NCBI GenBank assembly: GCA_035627175.1
Contig: DASPMH010000342.1
Span: 1 to 25,192 of the forward strand
Direction: 5' to 3'
DNA from: Terriglobales bacterium
Lineage (GTDB): Bacteria; Desulfobacterota; Binatia; HRBIN30
DNA length: 25,192 bases
The notes beneath the pieces were generated by a model. It had not been told where the DNA came from. It ran no database searches and saw only the letters and a program-made list of their open reading frames with translations. Positions 17,676 through 25,192 of the stretch are shown here, piece after piece. Position 1 is the stretch's first letter. Every line of letters starts with the position of its first letter. The position numbers and the translations under genes were made by a program.

Positions 17676-18115
17676 GGTCGGCGAGCGACGGCCGGATCGG
17701 CGGCGAGCGGCTTCGCCAAAGCGATGGTGACGGCGCCACTGCCGCGGGCGCGATCGAGCACCTCGACGGCGAAGCCGTAGCTGACCTCGTCATCGGCATC
17801 GAAAAACAGAACGTGATCGCCGCGCGCTGCAAACATCCGCGGCAGGCGCTGTTCGAAATCTGCCAAGCTGAGGGGCGTGCCATTGATCGCCAGGGCGCCA
17901 TCGGCGGCGATGCGCAGCACCAGCGGCGCCTCGTCCGCCGGCGGCAGTTGCTCGACTTGGCGGCGCTCCTGTCGCGGCGTGTGCACCCAGAAGCGCTGCG
18001 CCAGCAGCGGCGTGATCACCAGAAAGATGATCAGCAACACCAGCACGACGTCGACCAGCGGCGTGACATTGATCGACGGTTCGGGAGCTCGGCTAGCTCC
18101 GCTCTCGACCTTCAT
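17672..18115 (-). CDS. exbD: ExbD/TolR family protein (second copy), 147 aa
   Basis: INVTPLVDVVLVLLIIFLV with the conserved Asp; LFFDADDEVSYG periplasmic motif; 4-nt overlaps with both neighbours. Confidence 0.92.
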   Translation of the reverse strand: MKVESGASRAPEPSINVTPLVDVVLVLLIIFLVITPLLAQRFWVHTPRQERRQVEQLPPADEAPLVLRIAADGALAINGTPLSLADFEQRLPRMFAARGDHVLFFDADDEVSYGFAVEVLDRARGSGAVTIALAKPLAADPAVARRP

Positions 18116-18564
18116 TGCGCCAGCTCCGGCAGAGGCGGCGGCTTCTCGCTCGCCATCAGGGCTACACCGGAAAAGCCGAGCGATTGGGTACGTTCGAGCA
18201 ATATCCGCACGTCGCCGTAACGCAGGCCCGCCGCCGCACGCACGGCAAGCCGGCGTAGCGGATCGGCGGCGCGGGCCTCCACCAGCGCTGCGACGACTCC
18301 GTCCAAGTCGTACTGCCGGCCGTCGAGATGGAACTCGCCGGCGCGGGCAATGCTGATTTTCAACGGGTCGACGCCACCGGCCAAACGAGGATCGGGATGT
18401 GCTACGGCAGGCAGCGTCAGCGGAACCTCCTGGTCCATCCGCGGCGCGACCACCATGAAGATGATCAACAGCACCAGGACCACGTCGACCAATGGGGTGA
18501 CGTTCATCTCGGGTGCGGCAACGATCGCCCCGGCGCGGCGCGAGGATTGACGCGGTCTGGGCAT
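18112..18564 (-). CDS. exbD: ExbD/TolR family protein (first copy), about 150 aa
   Basis: MNVTPLVDVVLVLLIIFMV, VRAAAGLRYGDV. Start taken at ATG 18564 (MPRPRQSSRR); the 19080 start would overlap the divergent gene. Confidence 0.9.
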   Translation of the reverse strand: MPRPRQSSRRAGAIVAAPEMNVTPLVDVVLVLLIIFMVVAPRMDQEVPLTLPAVAHPDPRLAGGVDPLKISIARAGEFHLDGRQYDLDGVVAALVEARAADPLRRLAVRAAAGLRYGDVRILLERTQSLGFSGVALMASEKPPPLPELAQ

Positions 18565-18698
18565 CGGCAACTCGTTGGAGAGTCGCTTCGGCGAAGTCAA
18601 GGAACCCGGCCGCTTGGCCTTAGCCGAGGCAATGTGATCCAGCCCTCTCGCCGTGGGCTGCGGTTCAGGTAAGTCTAACCCGGTTCGAGTGTGAGAAC

Positions 18699-21179
18699 TT
18701 GAAAGTATTGCGTTGGTTGATTTGGGCCGCCGTGATCGTGGCGGTGCCGCTATTGATCCTCGGCGTGGCGCTGGTGCTGCGCCTGCGCCATGCGCCCATT
18801 CCGGTCGACGTGGCGGCCGAGAAGATCCGCCTGGCGTTGCCCCGTGTCTCGCCCGAGCTCGATTGGCATGTCGGCGGCGTCGATCTCGCTTGGGGAGGCT
18901 GGCGCCGCGGCATCCGCGTGCGCGCCCGCGGAACGCGATTGATCGATCGCAGCGGCAAGCCGGTACTGCAGCTGCCGGTGGTCGGCGTTCATCTCGCCAT
19001 TCGACCGCTGCTGCGCGGCGAGCTGACCATTGGGGCGGTCGAGCTGATCCGGCCGCGGCTGCAATTGCTGCGCGATGCACAAGGCAGGTTGTCGCTGACG
19101 GTCAGCTCGCCCAAGGCGAAGCAGCAACCCGACAGCGGCATCGCTGCTCTCGAGGCGCTGCGTACCGTGCTGCAGCAGCAGGACGGCGATCTCCGTCACA
19201 TCGTCATCAAGCACGGCCAGATCATCATCACCGACGAGCAGCTCGGTGGCGGCTGGTTCGTCGATCGCGCCGATGTCGATCTCGCCCGCACCCGTGAGGG
19301 GTTGGCGGCGGCGATCGATGCGACCATGACGGTCGAGCACAGCACGATCAACCTCCAAGCCCAGGCGAGTCTCGGTGCTCCCGCGCCGCATGTTTTCGAG
19401 GCCGCGATCACCGTGCCCGAGCTGCCGGTGCCGGCGCTGGAGACGCTGTGGCCCATTGGTCTGTCGACCAAAACGCGCAAGTGGATCGTCGAGAACATCA
19501 CCACCGGCCATGTCAGCCGATTACATGCCGAGCTGCACAGCCAGCTCGATCTCAGCGACCGGCCGCCGAAAGCTCCGCCGCGCTCGCGCCTGGAGCGGGT
19601 GACCTTGCAAGGTGGATTCGAGGTCGAAGATATCAGCGTCCGCTATCTCGACACCATGCCCCCGGCGACGGATATCCGCGCCCGCGCGCGCATCGCGCTA
19701 GACGGGCTTTCCTTCGAGGTTGCATCGGCGAAGCTCGAGACCATCGCCATCGGTCCGGCGCACGTGCGCCTCGACGGGTTGCGTCGCGATCAGCCCCGGA
19801 TCGTCGTCGATGCCAGCACCCGCGGCACACTCGCCGAGACTTTGGCGATTCTCGACCATGAGCCGCTGCACGTCGCGCGCAGCATGAAGCTCGATCCTGC
19901 CGCAGCGGAGGGCGCGATGGAGTCGCAGATCAAGTTCGATTTTTCGCTCAAAGGTCCGATCGACGGCAAGAATCTCGGTCTCGACGCCCGCGGCAAGCTC
20001 CGCGATGTCCGCCTACCCGATGCGTTCAATAGCTGGACAATCGATCAAGCCGATCTCGAGGTTGCGGTCGACGACGATTCGGTGGTCGTCAGTGGACCGG
20101 CGCGAATCGCCGGCGTGCCCCTGGAAGCACAGTGGAAGGAGAAGCTGCACGGCGGCGGCGATCCGCGCCGCGAGATGTCTTTCGCCGGCACCGTCAGCAA
20201 CGAAGACCGGCGCAACCTGGGCACGGCGCTCGAATGGATCGACGGGCCGGTGCCGATCGAGATCGATCTGACCCAAGGATGGGACGCCGATCCGGTGATC
20301 GAGCTGCGCGCCGATCTGACCGATGCCAATGTCGCGGGAAGCTTCGGCTTGCGTAAGCCGACCGGCGACAGCGGCGTGCTGCGGGCGCGGGTGCGCTTGG
20401 AGGACGATCGAGTCCGGGAGATCGAGTCGTTGCGGTTCGAGGCGCCGGAGACCTCGATTCTGGCGACGGCGCAACGCAGCGAGTCCGGCTGGCGCAGCAT
20501 AGACGCTTCCGGCGCGTTGCGCGCCGCTCCCTTCCGTTTCGTCCTCCAGCCCGGCGAACCGAGTGATACCTTCGCGCTCAGCTCCGAGGATGCAGCGGCA
20601 CTGGTGCGCGTCGTCGGCTTGTACGGCGAAGGACGCGGCGGCACGCTGAGTATCGACGGCCGAGTCGACCTGGACGACCCGCAGCTAGCCTACGATGCCA
20701 CGGTTCGCGTTGAAGACTTCGTCGCCGGGCAGGCGCCGACCTTGGCCAAGATTTTGTCGCTGGCATCCTTCAGCGGCATCCAGCAGGTGATGACGAGCCA
20801 AGGCATCCGTTTTCATCAGATAGCGGCGGCGGTCTCCGGCAATCGCGATCGTATCGAAATTCGTGACGGCGCCGCAGCGGGTAAGACGCTCAGCTTAATC
20901 ATCGACGGCGAAGCCGATCGCGGCCAAAACCACTTGGCGCTCAACGGCACTCTGGCGCCCGACTACTATGGCTTGAACCGCATGTTGAATCGGGTGCCGG
21001 TGCTCGGGAAATTGCTGACCGACGACGGCGCCGGGGTGATGGCGGTCAGCTTCACCATCCGCGGCCCATTCGATAAGCCGGAGGTGAAGATCGATCCGCT
21101 GAAAACGCTGACCCCGGGCCTGCTGCGCCAACTCGGTCGCTTGTTCGAAGATCAACCGCCAGCGGTCCCCGGCGGATGA
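18699..21179 (+). CDS. AsmA-like/YhdP-family (DUF3971 plus AsmA_2-like C-terminus) periplasm-bridging protein, 826 aa (TTG start)
   Basis: N-terminal TM anchor, long amphipathic beta-strand-rich body, LWPIGLSTKTRKWIVENITTG segment, and C-terminal YGLNRMLNRVPVLGKLL...FTIRGPFDKPEVKIDPLKTLTPGLLRQL, typical of YhdP-like proteins. Confidence 0.8.
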   Translation: MKVLRWLIWAAVIVAVPLLILGVALVLRLRHAPIPVDVAAEKIRLALPRVSPELDWHVGGVDLAWGGWRRGIRVRARGTRLIDRSGKPVLQLPVVGVHLAIRPLLRGELTIGAVELIRPRLQLLRDAQGRLSLTVSSPKAKQQPDSGIAALEALRTVLQQQDGDLRHIVIKHGQIIITDEQLGGGWFVDRADVDLARTREGLAAAIDATMTVEHSTINLQAQASLGAPAPHVFEAAITVPELPVPALETLWPIGLSTKTRKWIVENITTGHVSRLHAELHSQLDLSDRPPKAPPRSRLERVTLQGGFEVEDISVRYLDTMPPATDIRARARIALDGLSFEVASAKLETIAIGPAHVRLDGLRRDQPRIVVDASTRGTLAETLAILDHEPLHVARSMKLDPAAAEGAMESQIKFDFSLKGPIDGKNLGLDARGKLRDVRLPDAFNSWTIDQADLEVAVDDDSVVVSGPARIAGVPLEAQWKEKLHGGGDPRREMSFAGTVSNEDRRNLGTALEWIDGPVPIEIDLTQGWDADPVIELRADLTDANVAGSFGLRKPTGDSGVLRARVRLEDDRVREIESLRFEAPETSILATAQRSESGWRSIDASGALRAAPFRFVLQPGEPSDTFALSSEDAAALVRVVGLYGEGRGGTLSIDGRVDLDDPQLAYDATVRVEDFVAGQAPTLAKILSLASFSGIQQVMTSQGIRFHQIAAAVSGNRDRIEIRDGAAAGKTLSLIIDGEADRGQNHLALNGTLAPDYYGLNRMLNRVPVLGKLLTDDGAGVMAVSFTIRGPFDKPEVKIDPLKTLTPGLLRQLGRLFEDQPPAVPGG

Positions 21180-21248
21180 CGCGACCTGGCTGTACAAATA
21201 TCGCCTTTTGGCGGCAGAAAGATCGGAAGGCCTCGGCAAGGAGCAGCA

Positions 21249-21875
21249 ATGAAGGTTTGGCAAGCGCAGCGGATGTCGCTGGTGGTAGCGCTGCTGGTGA
21301 TCGCCAGCGGCTGTTCAGCATCGCGTGTTTCACGCACCCCGACGATCGGCGATTACGACTACTGCGTCGTTCATGAGGAGGATGCACACGGCTACGGCGA
21401 GCAGGTTCGTAGCATCCTCAGTCAGAGCTTCGTTGTTCTCGACGAGCAGGATCCGCGTCTGCGCGAGGCGGCGGTGCGGCACCGCACCTGTGCCGTATCC
21501 CTGCGCTGGCGACGAGGCTTCTGGTACACCCCGGTCTGGGCCGAGGTCAGCGATTACGACAGCGGCGAGGTGGTTCTGCGTACGGAAGTCCGCGGCCCAG
21601 GCTTGTGGAGCGGTGTACCTGCCGCGGTGCCCCTGGCGATCCAGGACATCGTCGCCGCACGAGTCAGCGCCGGACCGTTGTACATCGACACGCAACGCCA
21701 ACCGACCTTCGAAGAAGCGCCGCTCGGTAGCGGTGCACCGCGTACTGCGGTGGAGACTTTGCCGGCGGCGCGGCCCAAAGCCGAGCGGTTGCGCGAGCTG
21801 CGCGAGCTATATGACGATGGCCTGATCTCCGAGCGCGAGTACGAAGAAGAACGCAGCTACATCATTCGGGAGTGA
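21249..21875 (+). CDS. Predicted lipoprotein with C-terminal SHOCT domain, 208 aa
   Basis: AAGGAG Shine-Dalgarno; signal peptide ending in the lipobox-like IASG-C; C-terminal KAERLRELRELYDDGLISEREYEEERSYII matches the SHOCT pattern. Confidence 0.8.
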   Translation: MKVWQAQRMSLVVALLVIASGCSASRVSRTPTIGDYDYCVVHEEDAHGYGEQVRSILSQSFVVLDEQDPRLREAAVRHRTCAVSLRWRRGFWYTPVWAEVSDYDSGEVVLRTEVRGPGLWSGVPAAVPLAIQDIVAARVSAGPLYIDTQRQPTFEEAPLGSGAPRTAVETLPAARPKAERLRELRELYDDGLISEREYEEERSYIIRE

Positions 21876-21882
21876 GCCGGCC

Positions 21883-22344
21883 GTGAGCCGAGATACCTGC
21901 AGCTTCTGCCGCGGCATGGCGCAGTACCGCAGCTATGCCAGCAACGCCGAAAGTATGCATGCCGGTTTGCTGGTGGCCGACCTGCCGGCATCTTACGCGA
22001 TCTTGTCGATCGACCAGTTCTATCGCGGCTACACTGTGGTGTTGGCCAAGACGCACGCCACCGAGCTGTTTCATTTGCCCCAGGACGAAGCGGATCAGTA
22101 TCTGCGTGACATGCAGGCGATCGCCAAGGCGATCGCCGATGCCTTCGCGCCGCGCAAGATGAACTACGAGCTGCTCGGCAACACCGTGCCGCACCTGCAC
22201 TGGCATCTCATTCCTCGCTACGGCTGGGATCCCAATCCGACCCGCCCGGTCTGGGAGTACCAGCATCAGCCGGTGCTGCTCGACAGCGACAGCTATGCCG
22301 AGCTGGCCCGCGAGATCCGAGCCCGACTCACGCCGCGCGCCTGA
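21883..22344 (+). CDS. HIT (histidine triad) family hydrolase, 153 aa (GTG start)
   Basis: N-terminal CSFC, GYTVVLAKTHATEL, and the triad NYELLGNTVPHLHWHLIPRY. Confidence 0.92.
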   Translation: MSRDTCSFCRGMAQYRSYASNAESMHAGLLVADLPASYAILSIDQFYRGYTVVLAKTHATELFHLPQDEADQYLRDMQAIAKAIADAFAPRKMNYELLGNTVPHLHWHLIPRYGWDPNPTRPVWEYQHQPVLLDSDSYAELAREIRARLTPRA

Positions 22345-22401
22345 GCTTAGGGCCACTCTCCAGATCGATCGTTTGATCCACGGAAAGCCGCCCGAGTCTC
22401 G

Positions 22402-22430
22402 TTGACTTGCCGCCGGGGGGCGCCTATCAC
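22402..22430 (+). promoter_or_regulatory. Putative sigma70 promoter of shc
   Basis: TTGACT (22402-22407), exactly 17 nt, TATCAC (22425-22430); about 80 nt upstream of ATG 22512. Confidence 0.55.
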
Positions 22431-22511
22431 CGGCGGCCTGGCCAAATTCCCACCCGCTGCGCCGCCATCCAGCGCCGCGCCCTCATTGATCTACAGCTAC
22501 ATCGGAGCACC

Positions 22512-24395
22512 ATGACTTTCGCTACCGCGACTGCCCGCACCCTTGTCAATCCGGCCGACGCTTTGGAGCGCGCTTGCGCCCACCTGCTCTCGCTGCAGAG
22601 CCCCGACGGTTGGTGGAAGGGGGAGCTGGAAACCAACATCTGCATGGACGCAGAAGATCTGCTGCTGCGCGAATTTCTCGGCATCCGCACACCGGCCGAG
22701 ACGGCGCAGGCCGCCACCTGGATTCGCTCGCAGCAGCATCCCGACGGCGGTTGGGCTATCGCTCATGGAGCGCCCGTCGACCTCTCCGCCAGCGTCGAAG
22801 GCTATGCCGCTTTGCGTCTCGCCGGCGATCCCGCCAACGCCGCGCACATGAGGCGTGCCCGCGAGCAGATCCTCGAGCTTGGCGGGCTCGAGCGCTCGCG
22901 CGTGTTCACCCGCATCTGGCTCGCCCTCTTCGGCTTGTGGTCATGGCAGGAATTGCCGGCGCTACCGCCGGAGATCATCCTGCTGCCGCCGTGGTTTCCG
23001 CTCAACATCTACGACTTCGCCAGCTGGGCGCGGCAGACGATCGTTCCGCTGACGATCGTCTCGGCGCATCGGCCAAAGCGGCCGATCGCGTTTTCCCTGC
23101 ACGAGCTGTGGCGCGGCGACGCTTCGCCGAGGAAGCGCGCTGCGATCCATACCTGGAGTGGCGCGTTCGAGCGTCTCGACAGCTTGCTGCATCGCTATGA
23201 GCGCCGGCCGTGGCGGCGGCTGCGACAGCGCTCGCTGCAGGTGGCGACCGAATGGATTGTACGACGTCAGGAGGCCGACGGATGCTGGGGCGGCATTCAG
23301 CCGCCGTGGGTGTATTCGTTGATGGCGCTGCACCTCCTCGGCTACCCACTCGATCATCCGATCATGAAGAAGGGCCTCGAAGGTCTCGATCGCTTCGCCA
23401 TCATCGATGACCGCGGCCGGCGAATGGAAGCGTGTCAGTCACCGGTATGGGACACTTGCCTCGCTGCGCTCGCGTTGCTCGACGGCCAGGTGCCCGGCGA
23501 TCATCCGGCGTTGGTTCGCGCCGCCGGCTGGTTGATGGATCAGGAGATCCGCCATGCCGGCGACTGGGCGGTGCGCCGGCCGAATCTTCAACCGAGCGGC
23601 TGGGCCTTCGAATTCGAGAACGACACCTATCCCGATATCGATGATACCGCGGAAGTGATCCTCGCATTGCGCCAGATCGATCACCCTGATCGCGACCGCC
23701 GCGACCAAGTGATCGCCCGAGCCCGCGCCTGGGTGCTTGGTATGCAATGCCGCGACGGCGGCTTCGCCGCTTTCGATGTCGACAATGTCCGCGGTCTTTG
23801 CCGGGAAATTCCGTTCTGCGACTTCGGCGAGGTGATCGACCCGCCGAGCGCGGACGTCACGGCGCACGTGCTGGAGATGCTGGCTGCGGAAGGACTGGCG
23901 GGCGAGGTCCGCGGCGTTCGCGCCCGCGATTGGCTGCTGCGCGCCCAGGAAGCCGACGGCTCCTGGTTCGGCCGCTGGGGTGTCAATCACATCTACGGGT
24001 GCGGCGCGGCGGTGCCCGCGCTGCGACGGGCTGGGCTGTCATCGGACTCCGCCGCGATCGCCGCCGCAGTGCGCTGGATCGAGGCGCATCAGAACGACGA
24101 CGGCGGCTGGGGCGAAGATGTACGCTCCTACGAAACTCCCGCGTGGCGCGGGCGCGGCAAGTCGACGGCGTCGCAGACAGCTTGGGCATTACTCGCGCTG
24201 CTCGATGGCGACAGCGACGCGCAGTCGATCGAGCGCGGCATCGATTACCTGATCGCGACGCAACGAGAAGACGGCGGCTGGGACGAAGAGGCCTGCACCG
24301 GCACCGGTTTCCCATCGGACTTCTACATCAAGTACCACATGTATCGGCTGTACTTCCCGATCATGGCGCTCGGCCGCTTCGTCCGCCGCGACTGA
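22512..24395 (+). CDS. shc: Squalene--hopene cyclase, about 627 aa
   Basis: Catalytic DxDD motif (YPDIDDTAE), QW repeats (QSPDGWW, QEADGCWGG, QEADGSWFGRWG, QNDDGGWGE, QREDGGW), ACQSPVWDT, TGTGFP. ATG 22512 follows GGAG and is preferred over TTG 22407. Confidence 0.98.
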   Translation: MTFATATARTLVNPADALERACAHLLSLQSPDGWWKGELETNICMDAEDLLLREFLGIRTPAETAQAATWIRSQQHPDGGWAIAHGAPVDLSASVEGYAALRLAGDPANAAHMRRAREQILELGGLERSRVFTRIWLALFGLWSWQELPALPPEIILLPPWFPLNIYDFASWARQTIVPLTIVSAHRPKRPIAFSLHELWRGDASPRKRAAIHTWSGAFERLDSLLHRYERRPWRRLRQRSLQVATEWIVRRQEADGCWGGIQPPWVYSLMALHLLGYPLDHPIMKKGLEGLDRFAIIDDRGRRMEACQSPVWDTCLAALALLDGQVPGDHPALVRAAGWLMDQEIRHAGDWAVRRPNLQPSGWAFEFENDTYPDIDDTAEVILALRQIDHPDRDRRDQVIARARAWVLGMQCRDGGFAAFDVDNVRGLCREIPFCDFGEVIDPPSADVTAHVLEMLAAEGLAGEVRGVRARDWLLRAQEADGSWFGRWGVNHIYGCGAAVPALRRAGLSSDSAAIAAAVRWIEAHQNDDGGWGEDVRSYETPAWRGRGKSTASQTAWALLALLDGDSDAQSIERGIDYLIATQREDGGWDEEACTGTGFPSDFYIKYHMYRLYFPIMALGRFVRRD

Positions 24396-24489
24396 CGCAT
24401 CGCCCGACGACCACAACTCTTGCCTCCTTATCGCCTGCCTGAGGGAGACGGCTCTTCTTCCAGGTGTGCTGCGCAGCTATGGTGCCGCC

Positions 24490-24846
24490 ATGAGCCTGAC
24501 TACCACCGCAAGTGGACTGCAATACGAAGACACCACCGCCGGCACCGGCGACGAAGCCAAGTCCGGTCGTACCTGCCAGATGCATTACACCGGCTGGCTG
24601 TGGGTCGAGGGCGCCAAGGGTAAGAAGTTCGACAGCTCGCACGATCGTCGCTCGCCGTTCTCGTTCCGCCTCGGCGCGGGCGAGGTGATCCAAGGATGGG
24701 ACGAAGGCGTCGCGGGCTTGAAGGTCGGCGGCAAGCGCACGCTGATCATTCCCGCGGAGCTCGGCTACGGCCGGCATGGGGCCGGCGGGGTGATTCCGCC
24801 GAACGCGACCCTGCTGTTCGAAGTCGAGCTGCTCGGCGTACGTTGA
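24490..24846 (+). CDS. FKBP-type peptidyl-prolyl cis-trans isomerase, 118 aa
   Basis: TASGLQYED, MHYTGWL, KKFDSSHDR, VIQGWDEGVAGLKVGGKRTLIIPAELGYG, IPPNATLLFEVELL. Confidence 0.97.
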   Translation: MSLTTTASGLQYEDTTAGTGDEAKSGRTCQMHYTGWLWVEGAKGKKFDSSHDRRSPFSFRLGAGEVIQGWDEGVAGLKVGGKRTLIIPAELGYGRHGAGGVIPPNATLLFEVELLGVR

Positions 24847-24853
24847 GCTGCGA

Positions 24854-25192
24854 ATGCGGCGGGTGGCGATGCGGCTGCTGAGCGCGGCAGTGCTGTCGGC
24901 GCTGCTGATCGCACCTTGGTCACGACCTGCGGCCGGGCAGTGCCGCGGTGATTGCAATGCCGACGGTGCGGTCACCGTCGACGAGCTGATCACCGGTGTC
25001 AGCATCGCTCTCGGCACCGCGGCCCTCGACCAGTGCCGCGCCATCGACGGCAACGTCGATGCGAGCGTCACTGTAGATGAGATTATCGCCGCGGTGACGA
25101 CTGCGCTCGACGGCTGTCCCGATGCGGCTGCGCGTGTTCTCGCTTTCAGTCGCGCCGGACAAATGGCGTCGTTCGATGTGTCGCCGCCGTGG
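24854..25192 (+). CDS. Secreted protein with N-terminal dockerin/EF-hand-like double repeat (partial, runs off right edge; not in ORF track)
   Basis: Manual translation: MRRVAMRLLSAAVLSALLIAPWSRPAAG-QCRGDCNADGAVTVDELITGVSIALGTAALDQCRAIDGNVDASVTVDEIIAAVTTALDGCPDAAARVLAFSRAGQMASFDVSPPW..., i.e. a signal peptide and two DxNxDxxxTxDE loops. Confidence 0.88.
   Translation, partial: MRRVAMRLLSAAVLSALLIAPWSRPAAGQCRGDCNADGAVTVDELITGVSIALGTAALDQCRAIDGNVDASVTVDEIIAAVTTALDGCPDAAARVLAFSRAGQMASFDVSPPW

Noticed and set aside
18565-18698. Fur box or cobalamin riboswitch upstream of the Ton-like operon
   Set aside because: There is no GATAATGATAATCATTATC-like AT-rich palindrome and no B12-box. Only short GC stems expected by chance are present.
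18565-19080. Long N-terminal extension of the first ExbD (322-aa ORF)
   Set aside because: It overlaps the divergent AsmA-like gene and has shadow-ORF composition. ExbD homology begins near ATG 18564.
22407-22511. TTG start at 22407 for shc
   Set aside because: It overlaps the predicted -35/-10 promoter, the added residues are not SHC-like, and ATG 22512 has a GGAG Shine-Dalgarno.
1-25192. CRISPR array, tRNA/rRNA, integrase or transposase, prophage
   Set aside because: I saw no regularly spaced repeat-spacer units, cloverleaf or rRNA signatures, or recombinase and phage genes. Coding density and composition look uniform.

Overview
GC-rich bacterial chromosome window with mostly housekeeping and envelope genes. 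I found no CRISPR array, rRNA, tRNA or transposase. A signal-peptide protein with a Cys-bracketed dockerin/EF-hand-like module at the right edge suggests a Binatia (Binatota)-like, deltaproteobacteria-related host; this is an inference. Left to right: recA 3' end, Uma2-family nuclease, recX, alaS, phoH(ybeZ)-ybeY, two hypotheticals, then a minus-strand pstC-pstA-pstB-phoU-phoB-phoR operon with no pstS. That operon sits head-to-head, across 105 bp carrying Pho-box-like 11-bp repeats, with a DUF47-pit operon. Next come a permuted exbD-exbD-tonB-exbB motor operon divergent from an AsmA/YhdP-like (DUF3971-type) gene, a SHOCT lipoprotein, a HIT protein, a stand-alone squalene-hopene cyclase resembling the actinobacterial type, an FKBP PPIase and the partial secreted dockerin-like protein. 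The most notable points are the compact Pst/Pit divergent switch, the receptor-less Ton/Tol-like motor facing a lipid-bridge-like gene near shc, two copies of a composite palindromic repeat, and the dockerin-like module. All family assignments come from motif recognition by eye; no searches were run.
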